A DNA stretch of 63,806 nt, filler included, from Octopus bimaculoides (Eukaryota): the NCBI RefSeq assembly GCF_001194135.2. It is 5 parts of 5 records of this genome, joined end to end, with 100 filler letters (N's around TTAATTAATTAA, not from the genome) between each part and the next. Parts side by side here need not be neighbours in the genome. Positions count along the whole stretch, not along the records: positions 62,210 to 63,806 come from NC_068996.1; 4 more parts are not named here. One strand, 5' to 3'. The notes beneath the pieces were generated by a model. It searched no databases and was not told the DNA's origin. It saw nothing but the letters and a program-made list of their open reading frames with translations. A program made the position numbers and the translations under genes. Below, in pieces: positions 62,557 through 63,806 of this stretch. The stretch's first letter is position 1; the number at the start of each line of letters is the position of its first letter.

Positions 62557-63806
62557 GACGGACGTGTTTTCACATCGGCTGCAGATGTAAACCTCTTTTT
62601 GACCTTCTATTGCCCACATTTTGTTGTAAGTTTTTAATATTTTTGTTGCTAAGCACCTAGGCTTCATTTGTGTGTATTTTCAAAGGCAGGAATTGGCCCC
62701 CAGGGGCAGTTTCGGCACAAGCAAAATACAAAAATTTCCTTCTCGACATTTCAAAAATGTCGAGAAACACAATTTTGGAACGCTAAGTCTTGTTCTTTTC
62801 ATGAGCATTTCCCGAGGCTTCAGATGTCAGAAGAGAAAAACGAACAGAGTAGCGTTTGCTCACGCAGTGACAGGAACGCAGTTGCTGTAAACGTCACAAA
62901 GACGGCGATTACAGCTACTAACAGCCCTCTCACCACCACCACCACCAACAACAACATCAACAACAAAAACAACAACAACAGGAAGGACGCAAATTTATAC
63001 GTCACGGATACTGTTAACAGCCCTGTCACCACCACCAACACCAACAACAAAAACAAAACTGTAACCAAGGTTACAAAACCATGCGTAAAAACCGTCACAA
63101 ATGTCTCTGACGTAAGCACCATTGCTGCTCACGCCAGCATCACCACTACCAACAACAACAACGACAACAACAACAACAACAACAACAACAGCAAGGACGC
63201 AAATTTATCGGCCGTCAGCACCGACACCACCACCTGTTCAACAAACTTTGCTGCCACTACCACCACCTTTGAACCAGGCAGTACCAACACCAACATAAAC
63301 AAAAATGTTCCAAAGAGCATGTTCGCCAGCACAACAAAAACAAATTTCGCCGATGCTATAAAGGAAAAAAGGAGAATAGTGACATTCACACAACAACAAA
63401 TTAAAAACACAAAATCCATTCTTACGAAAGAAGGCGATGGTGTTAAAATAAAGATTCCAAAATAAATTATAGAACAAAAAAAACAAAAAATGCATCATTT
63501 ATAAACTGCTAAACACAAAAACCAGACGTGCAGAAAATTTTAGCACAGATAAGATCAAGATGTGTCTTAAACCTGTATGGGCTCATCAAGAGCATGTCAC
63601 GTGGGGACGGAAATTTGCCACGGTACAGGTGCGCTTCATAAATGAAAATTTAGCGAAACAATTTTCGACACTCTCTCTCTGCACAGATGACTTGGTGATG
63701 ATACCGAGTTATCTTGGACAGAGAGTGACCAAAGTAATTATAAAAAACTTGCCATCAGAAGTGGACATCCAATGGGTAGTATCGGCTGTATGCCTCGAAA
63801 TGGAGG
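62557..63806 (+). mobile_element. 5' portion of an L1/Tx1-like LINE (5' UTR plus ORF1), running off the window
   Basis: Sharp start after (ATCT)n. ORF from ATG 62824 has a T/N-rich N-terminus and an NFADAIK motif (compare SYAxAVK). After a stop (63463) and a frameshift in the A-run (63476-63490) it continues CIIYKLL...VTWGRKFATVQVRFINENLAKQF...IPSYLGQRVTKVIIKNLPSEVDIQWV, an RRM-like ORF1 signature. Confidence 0.6.
62824..63806 (+). pseudogene. Disrupted ORF1 (gag-like RNA-binding protein) of the LINE
   Basis: Open 62824-63462, TAA at 63463-65, second frame open 63473-63806. This gives one nonsense and one frameshift lesion; either could be a homopolymer sequencing error. Confidence 0.55.

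Overview
Repeat-saturated, gap-rich, AT-rich eukaryotic DNA. The SINE families, microsatellite load and composition point to an octopus genome such as Octopus bimaculoides (inference from pattern recognition, not a database hit). I found no confidently identifiable host protein-coding gene, rRNA, bona fide tRNA gene or CRISPR array. Almost every ORF in the supplied track is a microsatellite or N-gap artefact. What can be supported is a layered graveyard of mobile elements: R4/Dong-type LINE fragments (two abutting (TAA)n tracts), RTE, CR1-group and RNase-H-bearing LINE remnants, two Penelope-like GIY-YIG lineages, a near-complete dead mariner plus Tc1/mariner stubs, MITE/foldback and Helentron-type elements, and many copies of several tRNA-derived SINE families. 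The window ends inside the 5' part of an L1/Tx1-like LINE. The most interesting signals are: (i) that LINE starts exactly at an (ATCT)n tract that follows a LINE-like 3' end sharing its tail with the commonest SINE; (ii) SINE tail swapping; (iii) TAA-associated Dong insertions; (iv) a locally templated inverted insertion flanked by a 12-bp direct repeat; (v) several fold-back structures that could be dsRNA/ADAR substrates; (vi) hammerhead-like relics; (vii) a few unproven splice-flanked candidate exons. Four 100-bp N-TTAATTAATTAA-N linkers mark artificial scaffold joins, so adjacency across about 20.9, 49.2, 54.6 and 62.1 kb is not base-level evidence.
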